In this document: positions 20,426 to 30,032 of the stretch, piece by piece
Layout: each line of letters starts with the position of its first letter
How positions within the stretch are numbered: position 1 is the stretch's first letter
Assembly (NCBI GenBank): GCA_045593005.1
Contig: JAZNVV010000038.1
Span: forward strand, 1,652-65,651
Length of the DNA stretch: 64,000 bases
Origin: Christensenellaceae bacterium
GTDB lineage: Bacteria; Bacillota; Clostridia; Christensenellales; Borkfalkiaceae
Reading direction: 5' to 3'
The notes under the pieces: model-generated
Told to the model about the DNA's origin: nothing
What the model saw: the letters and a program-made list of their open reading frames with translations, nothing else
Databases searched by the model: none
Position numbers and translations under genes: made by a program

Positions 20426-21088
20426 CTATTTTTCACTTAAGTTAAGGTATTTTTCAGGGTCAATATATTTACCACTTTCAATAACTTCAAAGTGTAAGTG
20501 TGGTCCGTCGGATAATTCCTGCTTGTTAGTTGTTGAAACGTATCCGATAACGTCGCCTTGGTTTACAACTTCACCGATTTGAACGTCCTCTATATCTTCA
20601 AGTGAATTATAAACGGTAAACAGGTCGTTGCCGTGGTCAATCGTAACCGTTACACCCTTGGTAATGCTATTCGTGACGTTTGAAACCGTACCTGCGTACA
20701 CGGCGTATACTGGCGAGCCTTCCTTTGCTGAAAAGTCTATTGCCATATGTGACGAATATCTATTGAGCGTTGCGCTAAACACAGGCGTATCACTAAAATC
20801 GTTTAAAATTTCACCGTCAACTGGCATAATAAAAGTAATTCTACTAATAGTCGGTTCATTAGGAACTAAATCACCGTCGTTAATGTCGCCTGAATTTGAC
20901 TGGTCGCCACTACCTAAATTATCAGAAACTCCACCGTTTTGCGTTTGATTTGTAGAATTATCAACTGTATTTGAATTATCCCCTACAATTAAAAATACTA
21001 CTACCGAAATTGCCATAGCGACTACGCAAATTGCAAGCGCTACGTAAAACCATACTGTTTTAACGTTAATATTTTTTTGTGAACTCAT
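20426..21088 (-). CDS. M23 family metallopeptidase, membrane anchored
   Basis: 220 aa with an N-terminal TM helix. LytM motifs H..D and HLHFEV. Confidence 0.85.
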   Translation of the reverse strand: MSSQKNINVKTVWFYVALAICVVAMAISVVVFLIVGDNSNTVDNSTNQTQNGGVSDNLGSGDQSNSGDINDGDLVPNEPTISRITFIMPVDGEILNDFSDTPVFSATLNRYSSHMAIDFSAKEGSPVYAVYAGTVSNVTNSITKGVTVTIDHGNDLFTVYNSLEDIEDVQIGEVVNQGDVIGYVSTTNKQELSDGPHLHFEVIESGKYIDPEKYLNLSEK

Positions 21089-21163
21089 TTTATAACCTCC
21101 GTCTTATCGTTCGGTAAGGTTATTGACACAAAAATATTTTTTTATACATTAAAAATAAAATTA

Positions 21164-21574
21164 TTAAAAACTACCGTAAATAATCGGCGTGCCAAAGGTT
21201 ACCCTATCCCCTTCAACAGCGACGTGCACGTTGACAGTTTTTCCATATATTTCTTTTTTATAAGGAAAAGTTTTTGAGTATCCGTAATAACAGGTAACGT
21301 TTTCAGCAACTTCACTAAATAAAACTTCAACGTCAAATTTATCAAAAATTTCCTGCACGGAAAGATTTAGTGTGCAACTTTCTCCAAAAATTTTGTCAAA
21401 TGAAAAATAGCTCTCGTCCACTCTTTTAATAACGGCTGTTGAAGAATTATTGCCAGTATAAATAATTACGTCATCAGCGTAATTTAAAAGCCTTGGACGT
21501 GAATAAACACTAAAAGACAGTATAAAAACTATTAATGAAAAAATTACGCATACGTGTTTAATAAAAGTATTCAC
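21164..21574 (-). CDS. Hypothetical secreted/membrane protein (possibly YwmB/DUF1779-like)
   Basis: 136 aa with an N-terminal TM helix. The C-terminal ...VTFGTPIIYGSF resembles YwmB-type ends. Weak call. Confidence 0.35.
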   Translation of the reverse strand: MNTFIKHVCVIFSLIVFILSFSVYSRPRLLNYADDVIIYTGNNSSTAVIKRVDESYFSFDKIFGESCTLNLSVQEIFDKFDVEVLFSEVAENVTCYYGYSKTFPYKKEIYGKTVNVHVAVEGDRVTFGTPIIYGSF

Positions 21575-21670
21575 GCCGTAATTATTGCCAAATTTATCAC
21601 AAATTAATCAAAATATGGTAAAAATTAGGTATTTTTTTATAAAAACTGTGTAAAAAAATCAACTTTCCTA

Positions 21671-21698
21671 TTGAATTATTTTATTTTAATGGTATAAT
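21671..21698 (+). promoter_or_regulatory. Extended -10 promoter for hup
   Basis: TTGAAT, 16 nt spacer, TGgTATAAT. Confidence 0.6.
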
Positions 21699-21729
21699 AA
21701 TAGTATATAACCTTAGGAGGAAAGGGAAA

Positions 21730-22005
21730 ATGAATAAAAGTGATTTGATCAGGGATATTGCTAATAACGCAGGGATTACACTTAAAGACGCTACCGTTGC
21801 ATTCGATGCAGTTATCGACGCTATTACTGAAAACTTAAAGAAAGGGGAAAAAGTTCAAATCTCCGGTTTTGGTACGTTCGAAACTAAATCTAAACCTGCT
21901 AGAGAAGGCGCAAATCCAAAAACAGGCGAAAAAATCCAACTTGCTCCTACTGTAACACCTGTTTTCAAATTCGGTAAAGCATATAAAGATAGTTTTAACG
22001 ATTAA
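21730..22005 (+). CDS. hup: DNA-binding protein HU
   Basis: 91 aa. MNKSDLI...GFGTFE...R.GRNP-like arm (AREGANPKTGEKI). Confidence 0.95.
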   Translation: MNKSDLIRDIANNAGITLKDATVAFDAVIDAITENLKKGEKVQISGFGTFETKSKPAREGANPKTGEKIQLAPTVTPVFKFGKAYKDSFND

Positions 22006-22014
22006 TCACAAAAA

Positions 22015-22040
22015 AGAGTGCAAAAAAGCACTCTTTTTTA
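22015..22040. terminator. Bidirectional intrinsic terminator (hup / zupT)
   Basis: Hairpin agagtgc-aaaaaa-gcactct flanked by A and T runs. Confidence 0.8.
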
Positions 22041-22054
22041 TTTTAAATATTTAT

Positions 22055-22804
22055 TTATCCTAAAAATACGTCGGGTAAAAGCATTAAACAAAAGCCTAAT
22101 AACAACGAATACGTAGCACCTTTTTGCGCCCCGTGTGAATGCGTTTCAGGTATCATTTCGTGGCTAATAACGTAAATCATTGTACCACCTGCAAATGCAA
22201 GCGCAAACGGCAAAATAAACGACGCAACAGTCACGGCAAAGTATCCGATTAAAGTTCCAACAACTTCAACAAGTCCGGTTAAAAGGGCAATTAAAAGCGT
22301 CTTTTTAGGTTTTACGCCGACAGAAAGCATCGGTCCGATAATTACCATGCCTTCAGGAATATTTTGCAAGGCAATTCCTCCTGCAATAATTAACGCCTGC
22401 ACCGTGTTGCCCGAACCAAAACCTACGCCCGCCGCTATGCCTTCAGGCAAATTATGTATAGCGATTGCCGTAACGAATAAAACAACCTTGTTAATTTTAC
22501 TACTTTTATCATTGCTATTTTCGGAAAGTAGACCGTGTGTGTGTGGAATAAATCTATCTATAATTCCAAGAGTAAACGCCCCAACGAAAATACCTGCAAT
22601 AGTTATAAATACGCCCCATTTACCACCGTATTCAACTGACGGTAGAATAAGCCCGATAACAGCCGCCGAAAGCATAACGCCAGCAGCAAACGCTAGAACA
22701 ATATCTGAAAACTTATGTGAAAATTTTTTAAAAGTAAAACCTATTATAGCGCCGATTGCCGTTGCCCCACCAACACCAAGCGCCGTTAGCAATACTATTA
22801 ACAT
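22055..22804 (-). CDS. zupT: ZIP family zinc transporter
   Basis: 249 aa with 8 TM helices. HNLPEG and HEMIPE motifs. Confidence 0.85.
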   Translation of the reverse strand: MLIVLLTALGVGGATAIGAIIGFTFKKFSHKFSDIVLAFAAGVMLSAAVIGLILPSVEYGGKWGVFITIAGIFVGAFTLGIIDRFIPHTHGLLSENSNDKSSKINKVVLFVTAIAIHNLPEGIAAGVGFGSGNTVQALIIAGGIALQNIPEGMVIIGPMLSVGVKPKKTLLIALLTGLVEVVGTLIGYFAVTVASFILPFALAFAGGTMIYVISHEMIPETHSHGAQKGATYSLLLGFCLMLLPDVFLG

Positions 22805-22840
22805 ATTATACCTTTATTATATAACGATTATTATAGGTTG

Positions 22841-22869
22841 ATTATATCACTATTCTAAAATTATGTCAA
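22841..22869 (-). promoter_or_regulatory. Consensus sigma-70 promoter for zupT
   Basis: Minus strand reads TTGACA, 17 nt spacer, TATAAT. Confidence 0.65.
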
Positions 22870-22897
22870 TAACTTCTTTTTGGCGCATTTTTGACGC

Positions 22898-22913
22898 CAA
22901 CGGTAGTGTGAAA
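22898..22913 (+). repeat. Dispersed 16-nt motif copy 2 (CAACGGTAGTGTGAAA)
   Basis: Intergenic, between the rplQ terminator and the zupT promoter. Preceded by hairpin tggcg/cgcca (22881-22899). Confidence 0.6.
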
Positions 22914-22955
22914 GTTGTTCATTTCAATTTGTAACACGAATAATATTTAAAATAA

Positions 22956-22986
22956 AAACGCCTTGCTCAAAAGCAAAGCGTTTTTT
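22956..22986 (-). terminator. Intrinsic terminator ending the alpha operon (after rplQ)
   Basis: Hairpin acgctttgc-ttttga-gcaaggcgt followed by a T-run on the minus strand. Confidence 0.75.
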
Positions 22987-22991
22987 ATTTA

Positions 22992-23498
22992 TTAGATAAG
23001 TTCAATAATAGCTACTTCAGCAGCGTCGCCCTTTCTTGGACCACACTTCATAATTCTTGTGTAGCCACCACCTTGACCGAGTTCTTCTTTTCTTGCTGCA
23101 TATTTAGGAGCAATTTCGTTGAAGATTTTTTCGATAAGTGGGTGGTTGATGCCCTTCGTTCTTGCCTTGAAGTCAACCTTTGATTCCTTAAATGCTCTTA
23201 CTTCTTGTAAGTCGAATAAAGATTCCATAAGCTTTCTTCTTGCTGCAAGTTTCTTTGGACCGTCTTTAACGATAGTAATATTAACTTCCTTACCCTTTTC
23301 GTTAGTTTCAGTCTTTTTGATTTCTACGTTATCTGTATACGTATTGATTGCAAGCGTAATAAGTTTTTCTGTATAAGAACGTGTTTCCTTTGCTCTGGCT
23401 TCGGTTGTTTCAATTTTACCGTACCAAAGTAAGTCGGACGCAAGGTTTCTGAGCATAGCCTTTCTTTGAGCCGTTGTAACACCTAATTTTCTTGGCAT
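22992..23498 (-). CDS. rplQ: 50S ribosomal protein L17 (expanded, 168 aa)
   Basis: N-terminal [15 protein letters not shown] and C-terminal GGYTRI.K.G.R.GD motifs. Last gene after rpoA. Confidence 0.95.
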   Translation of the reverse strand: MPRKLGVTTAQRKAMLRNLASDLLWYGKIETTEARAKETRSYTEKLITLAINTYTDNVEIKKTETNEKGKEVNITIVKDGPKKLAARRKLMESLFDLQEVRAFKESKVDFKARTKGINHPLIEKIFNEIAPKYAARKEELGQGGGYTRIMKCGPRKGDAAEVAIIELI

Positions 23499-23502
23499 TG
23501 TA

Positions 23503-24456
23503 TTAGTCCTCCTTTTCCTTTAAACTTAAGCCTAAACTTTCAAGTTTAGCAATAACTTCGAGTAATGATTTCTTACCGAGGTTACGAACCTTAAGCATAT
23601 CGTGTTCTGTCTTTTTAATCAAATCATCAACGGTGTGAATATTTGCTCTCTTTAAGCAATGGTATGATCTAACCGTAAGGTCAAGATCTTCTATTGCCAT
23701 TTCGAGAATTTTAGTCTTTTTGTCTTCTTCTGGTGGTACTAAAATACCGCCTAAACTACCAACTTCACTTAAATCAACGAACATTCTAATATGTTCTTCC
23801 AAGATTTTAGCAGCTAGACTTACTATATCTCTACCACTAAATGCACCGTTTGTCCAAACTTCTAAAACAAGTTTATCGTAGTCAACGCTTTCACCTACAC
23901 GTGATGCTTCAACGTTGTAGCTAACCTTTTTAACAGGCGTATAAATGCTGTCGATTGCAATACTGTCTACTACGTCCGTCTTGTTAAATTTAGCGTCCGT
24001 GTAGCCCCTGCCTCTGCCGATTACAAGTTCCATATCGAGTACAAAACCTTCACCGATTGTACAAATGTACTGATCTGGGTTAAGAACTTCGATTTCAGCA
24101 TCCATTTCGATATCTTTTGCAGTAACTACTGCAGGACCTTCTTTATAAAGTCTAACAGTCTTTTTAAAGCCGATATCTAATGAAACAGTTTTAATGTTTA
24201 CAGTTTTAAGGTTTAAGATAATGTCTGCAACGTCTTCCTTAATGCCAGGAACTGACTGGAATTCGTGCTTAACAATACCACCTTCAAACTTAATGTTTTG
24301 GATTGCAGCACCAGGAAGTGCTGATAATAAAATTCTTCTTAATGCATTACCGATAGTAAGACCAAAGCCTTTTTCTAATGGTTCAACCGTTATTTTTGCA
24401 TAACTCTTTTCTGCATTTTCATCCACTGCTATTTTTGGCATTTCAATTTCCATCAT
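23503..24456 (-). CDS. rpoA: DNA-directed RNA polymerase subunit alpha
   Basis: 317 aa. [10 protein letters not shown] motif and a C-terminal domain with VRSYNCLKRA-like sequence. Confidence 0.97.
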   Translation of the reverse strand: MMEIEMPKIAVDENAEKSYAKITVEPLEKGFGLTIGNALRRILLSALPGAAIQNIKFEGGIVKHEFQSVPGIKEDVADIILNLKTVNIKTVSLDIGFKKTVRLYKEGPAVVTAKDIEMDAEIEVLNPDQYICTIGEGFVLDMELVIGRGRGYTDAKFNKTDVVDSIAIDSIYTPVKKVSYNVEASRVGESVDYDKLVLEVWTNGAFSGRDIVSLAAKILEEHIRMFVDLSEVGSLGGILVPPEEDKKTKILEMAIEDLDLTVRSYHCLKRANIHTVDDLIKKTEHDMLKVRNLGKKSLLEVIAKLESLGLSLKEKED

Positions 24457-24629
24457 AATGAAAATTCCTCCTTTATAAATAGTTTCCGATATAGGTTGTT
24501 ATAGGCATTCTCGTATGCGACGTGGAATTTCGCATAACTCCCCCTATAACCACCCATCAGATTTGCTTTTTTGAGTAACTTATGCAAAGCGAAATTTGAT
24601 AAATTGTCGCAAAGCATTAATTTATCAAA

Positions 24630-25253
24630 TTACTTCGAATATAATTCGACGATTAAGTGTTCCTTAATTTGTGCGTCGATATCTGCTCTTTCAGGAAGAG
24701 CGATTACTTTACCTGATAACGTTTCTGGGTTGAATTCAAGCCATTTTGGCATATTAGCAACCTTCATTTGCTTAACTTCAGCAAAGAATGCGTTATCTCT
24801 CTTGCTTTCTTTAACTTCAATTACGTCGCCTGCTTTTAACATGTAAGATGCAATGTTGCACTTCTTACCGTTTACCATGAAGTGACCGTGTGTAACAAGT
24901 TGTCTTGCTTGGTTTCTTGATGCGCCGATACCCATTCTATAGATAACGTTGTCAAGTCTTCTTTCCAAGAGAGAAAGCATGTTTTCACCGGTGATACCCT
25001 TCATTTTATCAGCCTTTTCGTAATACTTTCTGAATGGTCCTTCAAGAACGCCGTAAATTCTCTTACATTTCTGCTTTTCACGTAACTGTAAACCGTATTC
25101 AGAAACCTTCTTTCTTGCTGCGCCGTGTTGACCAGGAGCAACTGGTCTTCTTTCAAATGCGCAAGTGCCTTTAAAACATCTTTCGCCCTTTAAGAATAAC
25201 TTAGCGCCTTCACGTCTACATAAACGACATTTAGAATCTGTATATTTAGCCAT
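24630..25253 (-). CDS. rpsD: 30S ribosomal protein S4 (Cys4 N-terminus)
   Basis: 207 aa. [14 protein letters not shown]... Confidence 0.97.
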   Translation of the reverse strand: MAKYTDSKCRLCRREGAKLFLKGERCFKGTCAFERRPVAPGQHGAARKKVSEYGLQLREKQKCKRIYGVLEGPFRKYYEKADKMKGITGENMLSLLERRLDNVIYRMGIGASRNQARQLVTHGHFMVNGKKCNIASYMLKAGDVIEVKESKRDNAFFAEVKQMKVANMPKWLEFNPETLSGKVIALPERADIDAQIKEHLIVELYSK

Positions 25254-25267
25254 TTGTTAGTCCTCCA

Positions 25268-25660
25268 TTATACTCTACGCTTTTTAGGTGGTCTGCAACC
25301 GTTGTGTGGAATAGGTGAAACGTCTTCAATGAGCGTTACTTCATAACCACAGTTAGCGAGAGCTCTGATAGCAGATTCTCTACCTGCACCTGGTCCTTTA
25401 ACGTAAACTTCTACGCTACGAAGACCATATTCTTTTGCCGCATTAGCAGCAGTTTCAGCAGCCTGTTGTGCTGCGAATGGTGTGCTCTTTCTTGAGCCTT
25501 TGAAACCTAAACTGCCTGCGCTTGACCATGCAAGAGCATTACCCTGCATATCGGTAATTGTTACTAATGTGTTATTGAAAGAAGACTGAATGTGTACTTG
25601 ACCTTTATCAACCTTCTTTATATCTCTACGTTTTTTGACAATTTTCTTCTTAACAGCCAT
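25268..25660 (-). CDS. rpsK: 30S ribosomal protein S11
   Basis: 130 aa. Conserved S11 sequence in operon context. Confidence 0.97.
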   Translation of the reverse strand: MAVKKKIVKKRRDIKKVDKGQVHIQSSFNNTLVTITDMQGNALAWSSAGSLGFKGSRKSTPFAAQQAAETAANAAKEYGLRSVEVYVKGPGAGRESAIRALANCGYEVTLIEDVSPIPHNGCRPPKKRRV

Positions 25661-25673
25661 AACTTACCTCCGA

Positions 25674-26051
25674 TTATTTAGACGCAGTCTTTTTCTTTGC
25701 GACTGTACGACGAGGACCTTTACGGGTTCTTGCGTTTCTCTTAGAAGATTGACCACGAACAGGTAAACCCTTTCTGTGTCTTACGCCTCTAAAGCAACCG
25801 ATTTCCATTAATCTCTTAATGTTAAGGTTAACTTCACTTCTTAAATCACCTTCTACGCGAAGGTTGTGTTCAATATATTCTCTCAATTTTGAAATATCGG
25901 TTTCAGTCAAATCTTTACATCTAACATCAGGATCAACACCTGTTTCAGAAAGAATCTTCTTTGACGTTGCTAAACCGATACCGTAAATGTAAGTAATACC
26001 GATTTCAACTCTTTTGTTGTTAGGTAAATCTACACCGGCTATACGTGCCAT
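25674..26051 (-). CDS. rpsM: 30S ribosomal protein S13
   Basis: 125 aa. [10 protein letters not shown]... Confidence 0.97.
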   Translation of the reverse strand: MARIAGVDLPNNKRVEIGITYIYGIGLATSKKILSETGVDPDVRCKDLTETDISKLREYIEHNLRVEGDLRSEVNLNIKRLMEIGCFRGVRHRKGLPVRGQSSKRNARTRKGPRRTVAKKKTASK

Positions 26052-26182
26052 TAATAGTTCCTCCGTTAAATTTTTGTTTATTTTATGGTAACTGCCGTCT
26101 CAACTTGTTCGCTTGGAATGATGCTACTGCGTTGATAAGCAGAGTGTTTTTAAGTTTATTGAAAACTTAAAGCATTAGTTAA

Positions 26183-26299
26183 TTAACCTTGTCTTTGTTT
26201 GTGGTTCTTGTTTTTAGAACAAATTACCATAATTCTGCCGTTTCTTTTGATAACTTTGCACTTGTCGCACATAGGTTTAACTGATGGTCTGACTTTCAT
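26183..26299 (-). CDS. rpmJ: 50S ribosomal protein L36 (zinc-binding form)
   Basis: Too short for the ORF track. Manual translation gives [38 protein letters not shown] (38 aa), between infA and rpsM. Confidence 0.93.
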   Translation of the reverse strand: MKVRPSVKPMCDKCKVIKRNGRIMVICSKNKNHKQRQG

Positions 26300-26331
26300 T
26301 TTGGTTTCTCCTTATAATTAAAGTTTATGCG

Positions 26332-26553
26332 TTAGTTTTTACTACGCCATATTATTCTGCCTTTGGTTAAATCGTACGGACTCATTTCGAGTTTGACGCT
26401 ATCGCCCGGAATAATTTTAATGTAATTCATGCGTAGTTTTCCGGATATATAAGCCTTTATGACGTAACCGTTTGAGAGCCTTACTTTGAACTCTGCGTTC
26501 GGAAGGGCTTCTTCGATAATGCCTTCGGCTTCTATAACATCATCCTTTGACAT
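26332..26553 (-). CDS. infA: Translation initiation factor IF-1
   Basis: 73 aa S1-like fold. ...G.V.E.LPNA.F.V.L.NG... Confidence 0.96.
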   Translation of the reverse strand: MSKDDVIEAEGIIEEALPNAEFKVRLSNGYVIKAYISGKLRMNYIKIIPGDSVKLEMSPYDLTKGRIIWRSKN

Positions 26554-26662
26554 AAACTATCCTCCATTTTTTTTGTGAAAACCATTTTATTTCTAAAACG
26601 ATTTCGTTTGGTTACGCAGGAAAAACTGCGCCACCCGTTATATGCTTTACTTTTTCTAACGC

Positions 26663-27409
26663 TTATAGGGTTAGGATTTCTACGCCGTCATCCGTAATTG
26701 CTACGGTATTTTCGTAATGCGCAGATGGTCTACCGTCCCTTGTTACCACGCTCCAGCCGTCGTTTAAGAAGTCAACTTGAAACGTACCTGCATTTATCAT
26801 AGGTTCGATACAAATTACCATTCCCTTCTTTAACCTTACGCCTGTTCCCTTCACACCGAAGTTAGGAACGTTTGGGTCTTCGTGCATTTCTCTACCGATA
26901 CCGTGACCAACAAGTTTCCTTACGACAGAAAACCCGTTTGCTTCAGCATGTGATTGAACTGCATGACCTATCGAACCTATCGGCACGCCTTCGCCTACAA
27001 CTTCCAAGGCTTTAAAGAAACATTCTTTTGTTACCCTAACAAGTTTTTCCTTTTCGGGAGATACCTTGCCTACCATGAACGTTCTTGCCGCGTCACCGTG
27101 GAATCCGTTGTAATACGCCGTTATATCGACGCTGACGATTTGCCCTTCTTTTATAACTATTTTGTCCGACGGAATGCCGTGTACTACCATATTATCTACC
27201 GAAATACACGTGGATGCCGGATATCCACAATAGCCTAAACTTGAAGGATATGCGCCCGATTTCGTTATGAAGTCGTGTGCGATAATATCTAACTCCTTCG
27301 TAGTCATGCCAATCGCTATCTTTGTTTCTAACAAGTCAAGCGTATCTCTGACTATACGAGAAGCATCTCTCATGGCGTTAATTTCAGCCATTGTTTTAAT
27401 TTTTATCAT
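26663..27409 (-). CDS. map: Methionine aminopeptidase type I
   Basis: 248 aa. Metal ligands in the D..D, H, E, E pattern (VGHGIG, ICIEPM). Confidence 0.95.
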   Translation of the reverse strand: MIKIKTMAEINAMRDASRIVRDTLDLLETKIAIGMTTKELDIIAHDFITKSGAYPSSLGYCGYPASTCISVDNMVVHGIPSDKIVIKEGQIVSVDITAYYNGFHGDAARTFMVGKVSPEKEKLVRVTKECFFKALEVVGEGVPIGSIGHAVQSHAEANGFSVVRKLVGHGIGREMHEDPNVPNFGVKGTGVRLKKGMVICIEPMINAGTFQVDFLNDGWSVVTRDGRPSAHYENTVAITDDGVEILTL

Positions 27410-28029
27410 TACCCGATAACCTTTACAATGTCAGCAAATACGTCATCTATTGTCTGATTGCCATTAACTTTAATAAGCACGCCCCTTTCATTATAAAAAT
27501 CTACGAGAGGTTTTGTCTGCTTATCGTAAACGTTAATTCTTTCAGTAACCGTTGCTTCGTTGTCATCATCTCTTTGATAAAGAGCGTTGCCACAAGTTGG
27601 ACACTTTGTAGCGTCGCTTAAACTTTTTGCATTGAAAGTTCCACCACATGATAAACAACTACGTCTATTAACTATTCTGTCAATAATTAAATTGTAATCA
27701 ACGTCAATATCAATAGCTTTGTCTATTGTAGCAAATTTTTCAAGCGCCTCTGCTTGAGCAACCGTTCTTGGAAAACCGTCTAAAAGAACACCGTTTTTGC
27801 AATCATCTCTTGAAAGTCTTTCTTTAACCATAGAAATTGTAACTTCATCAGGAACAAGATGACCTTGGTCAATATATGATTTTGCCGTTTTGCCTAATTC
27901 GGTTTGATTTTTTATATTTTCTCTAAATATATCACCTGTGGAGATATGTACGAGAGAATACTTTTCTGAAATACGCGCCGCCTGGGTTCCTTTGCCGGAA
28001 CCCGGAGCACCTAATAAAATTATATTCAT
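27409..28029 (-). CDS. adk: Adenylate kinase (Cys4 zinc lid)
   Basis: 206 aa. GAPGSGKGTQ P-loop. Lid has CLSCG...CPTCG. Confidence 0.96.
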   Translation of the reverse strand: MNIILLGAPGSGKGTQAARISEKYSLVHISTGDIFRENIKNQTELGKTAKSYIDQGHLVPDEVTISMVKERLSRDDCKNGVLLDGFPRTVAQAEALEKFATIDKAIDIDVDYNLIIDRIVNRRSCLSCGGTFNAKSLSDATKCPTCGNALYQRDDDNEATVTERINVYDKQTKPLVDFYNERGVLIKVNGNQTIDDVFADIVKVIG

Positions 28030-28030
28030 G

Positions 28031-29323
28031 TTATTTTAAGAAACCCTTATGATTTTTCATAATAATCTGCGATTCGATAGCTTGGTTAAATTCAAGCGCT
28101 ACTGATACCGTAATAAGTAAACCGGTAGCACCAAATGCACCTGCTAAGCCCGGGCTGATAAAACTAAATATTATAGACGGGATAAGCGCAACGAGCGCAA
28201 GATAAATAGCACCGAAAAGCGTGATTCTATTAGAAATCTTTTTAAGATGTTCTGCCGTTGGTTTACCCGGTCTAATACCTGGGATAAATCCACCGTTACC
28301 CTGAATTGTTTTACTAATATCTTCTGGATTGAACTGCATCTGTTGATAGAAGTAAGCGAAGAACAAGATAAGAGCGCACATTATAACTTTGTATAATATA
28401 CTTTCTGTACCAACTATTCTTGTGTACGTTTCGTACCAAGGATGTGTTACTGCGTTTACACCTAAAAGGTTCATGATGAGTTCTGGGAAACTTAAGATAG
28501 AGAATGCGAAGATAAGTGGCATAACACCCGACGAATTTACCTTAATAGGAATATTCGTTGAACTACCACCGTACATTTTTCTACCCTTAACCTGTTTAGA
28601 ATATTGAACAGGAATTTTTCTTTCAGCATTGTCTACCGTTACGATTGCCGCAAAAATTAAGATTGCAACGATAACGAAACCGATAATTACCCAAATGTTA
28701 GTAAGATTGAAACCTACTGAAATTTGACTAGTAATTGCGTTACCTGCCGTAGCGATAATACCAGCGAAGATAAGCATTGAAATACCGTTTGATACGCCGT
28801 AGTCGGTAATTCTTTCACCAAGCCACATTGTTAATGCTGCACCTGCCGTATATACAACGACAAGGAAGATGTAACTCATAACTCTGCCAAAACCTTCTGC
28901 ACCGAAAATTTCAGCCGTGTTAACGTAGCCTACGAAACCTAAAATAATACCGATAGACTGTGCAATTGCAAGACCTAACGTAACGTATCTTGTGATATTA
29001 GCAAGTTTCTTCCTGCCTTCTTCACCTTGTTTTGAAAGTCTTTCAAGAGCAGGGATACCAACTGATAAAAGTTGAACGATAATCGAGGCGTTAATGTACG
29101 GTCCGATACCCATAGCAAGTAAACTACCGTATTGTAATGCGCCACCGGTTACTGCGCTCATAATTTGTAAATAGTTGTAACCAGACATTGCATCTTCCAT
29201 GATGGATACACCAGGAACAGGAATGTAACAACCTACTCTATAAATAAACAATAAGGCAACTGTAATCAAAATCTTCTTTCTAATTTCAGGGATTTTGAAT
29301 GCCTTTACTAATGTTTGAAACAT
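28031..29323 (-). CDS. secY: Preprotein translocase subunit SecY
   Basis: 430 aa with 10 TM helices, in the spc operon position. Confidence 0.97.
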   Translation of the reverse strand: MFQTLVKAFKIPEIRKKILITVALLFIYRVGCYIPVPGVSIMEDAMSGYNYLQIMSAVTGGALQYGSLLAMGIGPYINASIIVQLLSVGIPALERLSKQGEEGRKKLANITRYVTLGLAIAQSIGIILGFVGYVNTAEIFGAEGFGRVMSYIFLVVVYTAGAALTMWLGERITDYGVSNGISMLIFAGIIATAGNAITSQISVGFNLTNIWVIIGFVIVAILIFAAIVTVDNAERKIPVQYSKQVKGRKMYGGSSTNIPIKVNSSGVMPLIFAFSILSFPELIMNLLGVNAVTHPWYETYTRIVGTESILYKVIMCALILFFAYFYQQMQFNPEDISKTIQGNGGFIPGIRPGKPTAEHLKKISNRITLFGAIYLALVALIPSIIFSFISPGLAGAFGATGLLITVSVALEFNQAIESQIIMKNHKGFLK

Positions 29324-29345
29324 TTTCGCCCTCCGAATTTAGGGA

Positions 29346-29792
29346 TTATTCTACTTCCACCTTTCCACCAGCTTTTTCGATAGCTTCTTTAGCTGTAGAT
29401 GAGAATTTTGCAGCCTTAACCGTTAAAGCAACCGTGAGTTCACCATTACCTAAAACTTTAAGACCTGCATCGTTCTTAATGTCCTTAATAAGTCCCTTTT
29501 CAAGAAGGAACGCTTTATCTACTATAGAACCAGCTTCTAACGAATTGAGAACGGAAAGATTAACGATAGAATAAACCTTTCTGAAATTGTTGTTAAAGCC
29601 ACGTTTTGGGATACGTCTTGTTAAAGGCATTTGACCACCTTCAAAACCAGGACGAACACCACCGCCGCTTCTTGCCCACTGACCTTTATGGCCTTTACCG
29701 GAGGTTTTACCTAAGCCGGAGCCGATACCTCTACCAAGTCTTTTGCTTGATGTAGTTGCACCGATTGCAGGCTGTATAGTATCTATTCTCAT
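29346..29792 (-). CDS. rplO: 50S ribosomal protein L15
   Basis: 148 aa. G-rich N-terminus ([19 protein letters not shown]). Confidence 0.97.
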   Translation of the reverse strand: MRIDTIQPAIGATTSSKRLGRGIGSGLGKTSGKGHKGQWARSGGGVRPGFEGGQMPLTRRIPKRGFNNNFRKVYSIVNLSVLNSLEAGSIVDKAFLLEKGLIKDIKNDAGLKVLGNGELTVALTVKAAKFSSTAKEAIEKAGGKVEVE

Positions 29793-29815
29793 AATATTTA
29801 CTCCTTTAACCCTAA

Positions 29816-30019
29816 TTACTTAACTTCTTCAATACTAACAAGGTGGCTTACCTTTGCAACCATGCCACGTACGCATGCATTGTCAGGAAGTTCATTGTAT
29901 TGACGAATCTTTTTAAGACCTAAACTTTCTACTACTTTCTTTTGATTAGGTGTACAAGCAATAGTGCTCTTAACTAAAGTAACCTTTACTTTCTTTGCAA
30001 CTTCTTTTTTCTTTGCCAT
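29816..30019 (-). CDS. rpmD: 50S ribosomal protein L30
   Basis: 67 aa. Assigned by operon position and sequence. Confidence 0.93.
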   Translation of the reverse strand: MAKKKEVAKKVKVTLVKSTIACTPNQKKVVESLGLKKIRQYNELPDNACVRGMVAKVSHLVSIEEVK

Positions 30020-30032
30020 TTTAAGTTACCTC

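Noticed and set aside
22805-22840. Zur box over the zupT promoter and leader (AATAATCGTTATATAAT)
   Set aside because: The sequence is not palindromic and matches the Bacillota Zur consensus (TCGTAAT-N-ATTACGA) only in a half-site fragment.
22347-22841. Long antisense ORFs inside zupT, guaB (8031-8378), tsf/rpsB (53643-54047), rplL (63121-63456) and many r-protein genes
   Set aside because: Each lies opposite a gene with unmistakable conserved protein sequence. Their translations are low-complexity (Ser/Ala/Pro/Leu-rich), typical of the antisense frame of well-conserved genes.
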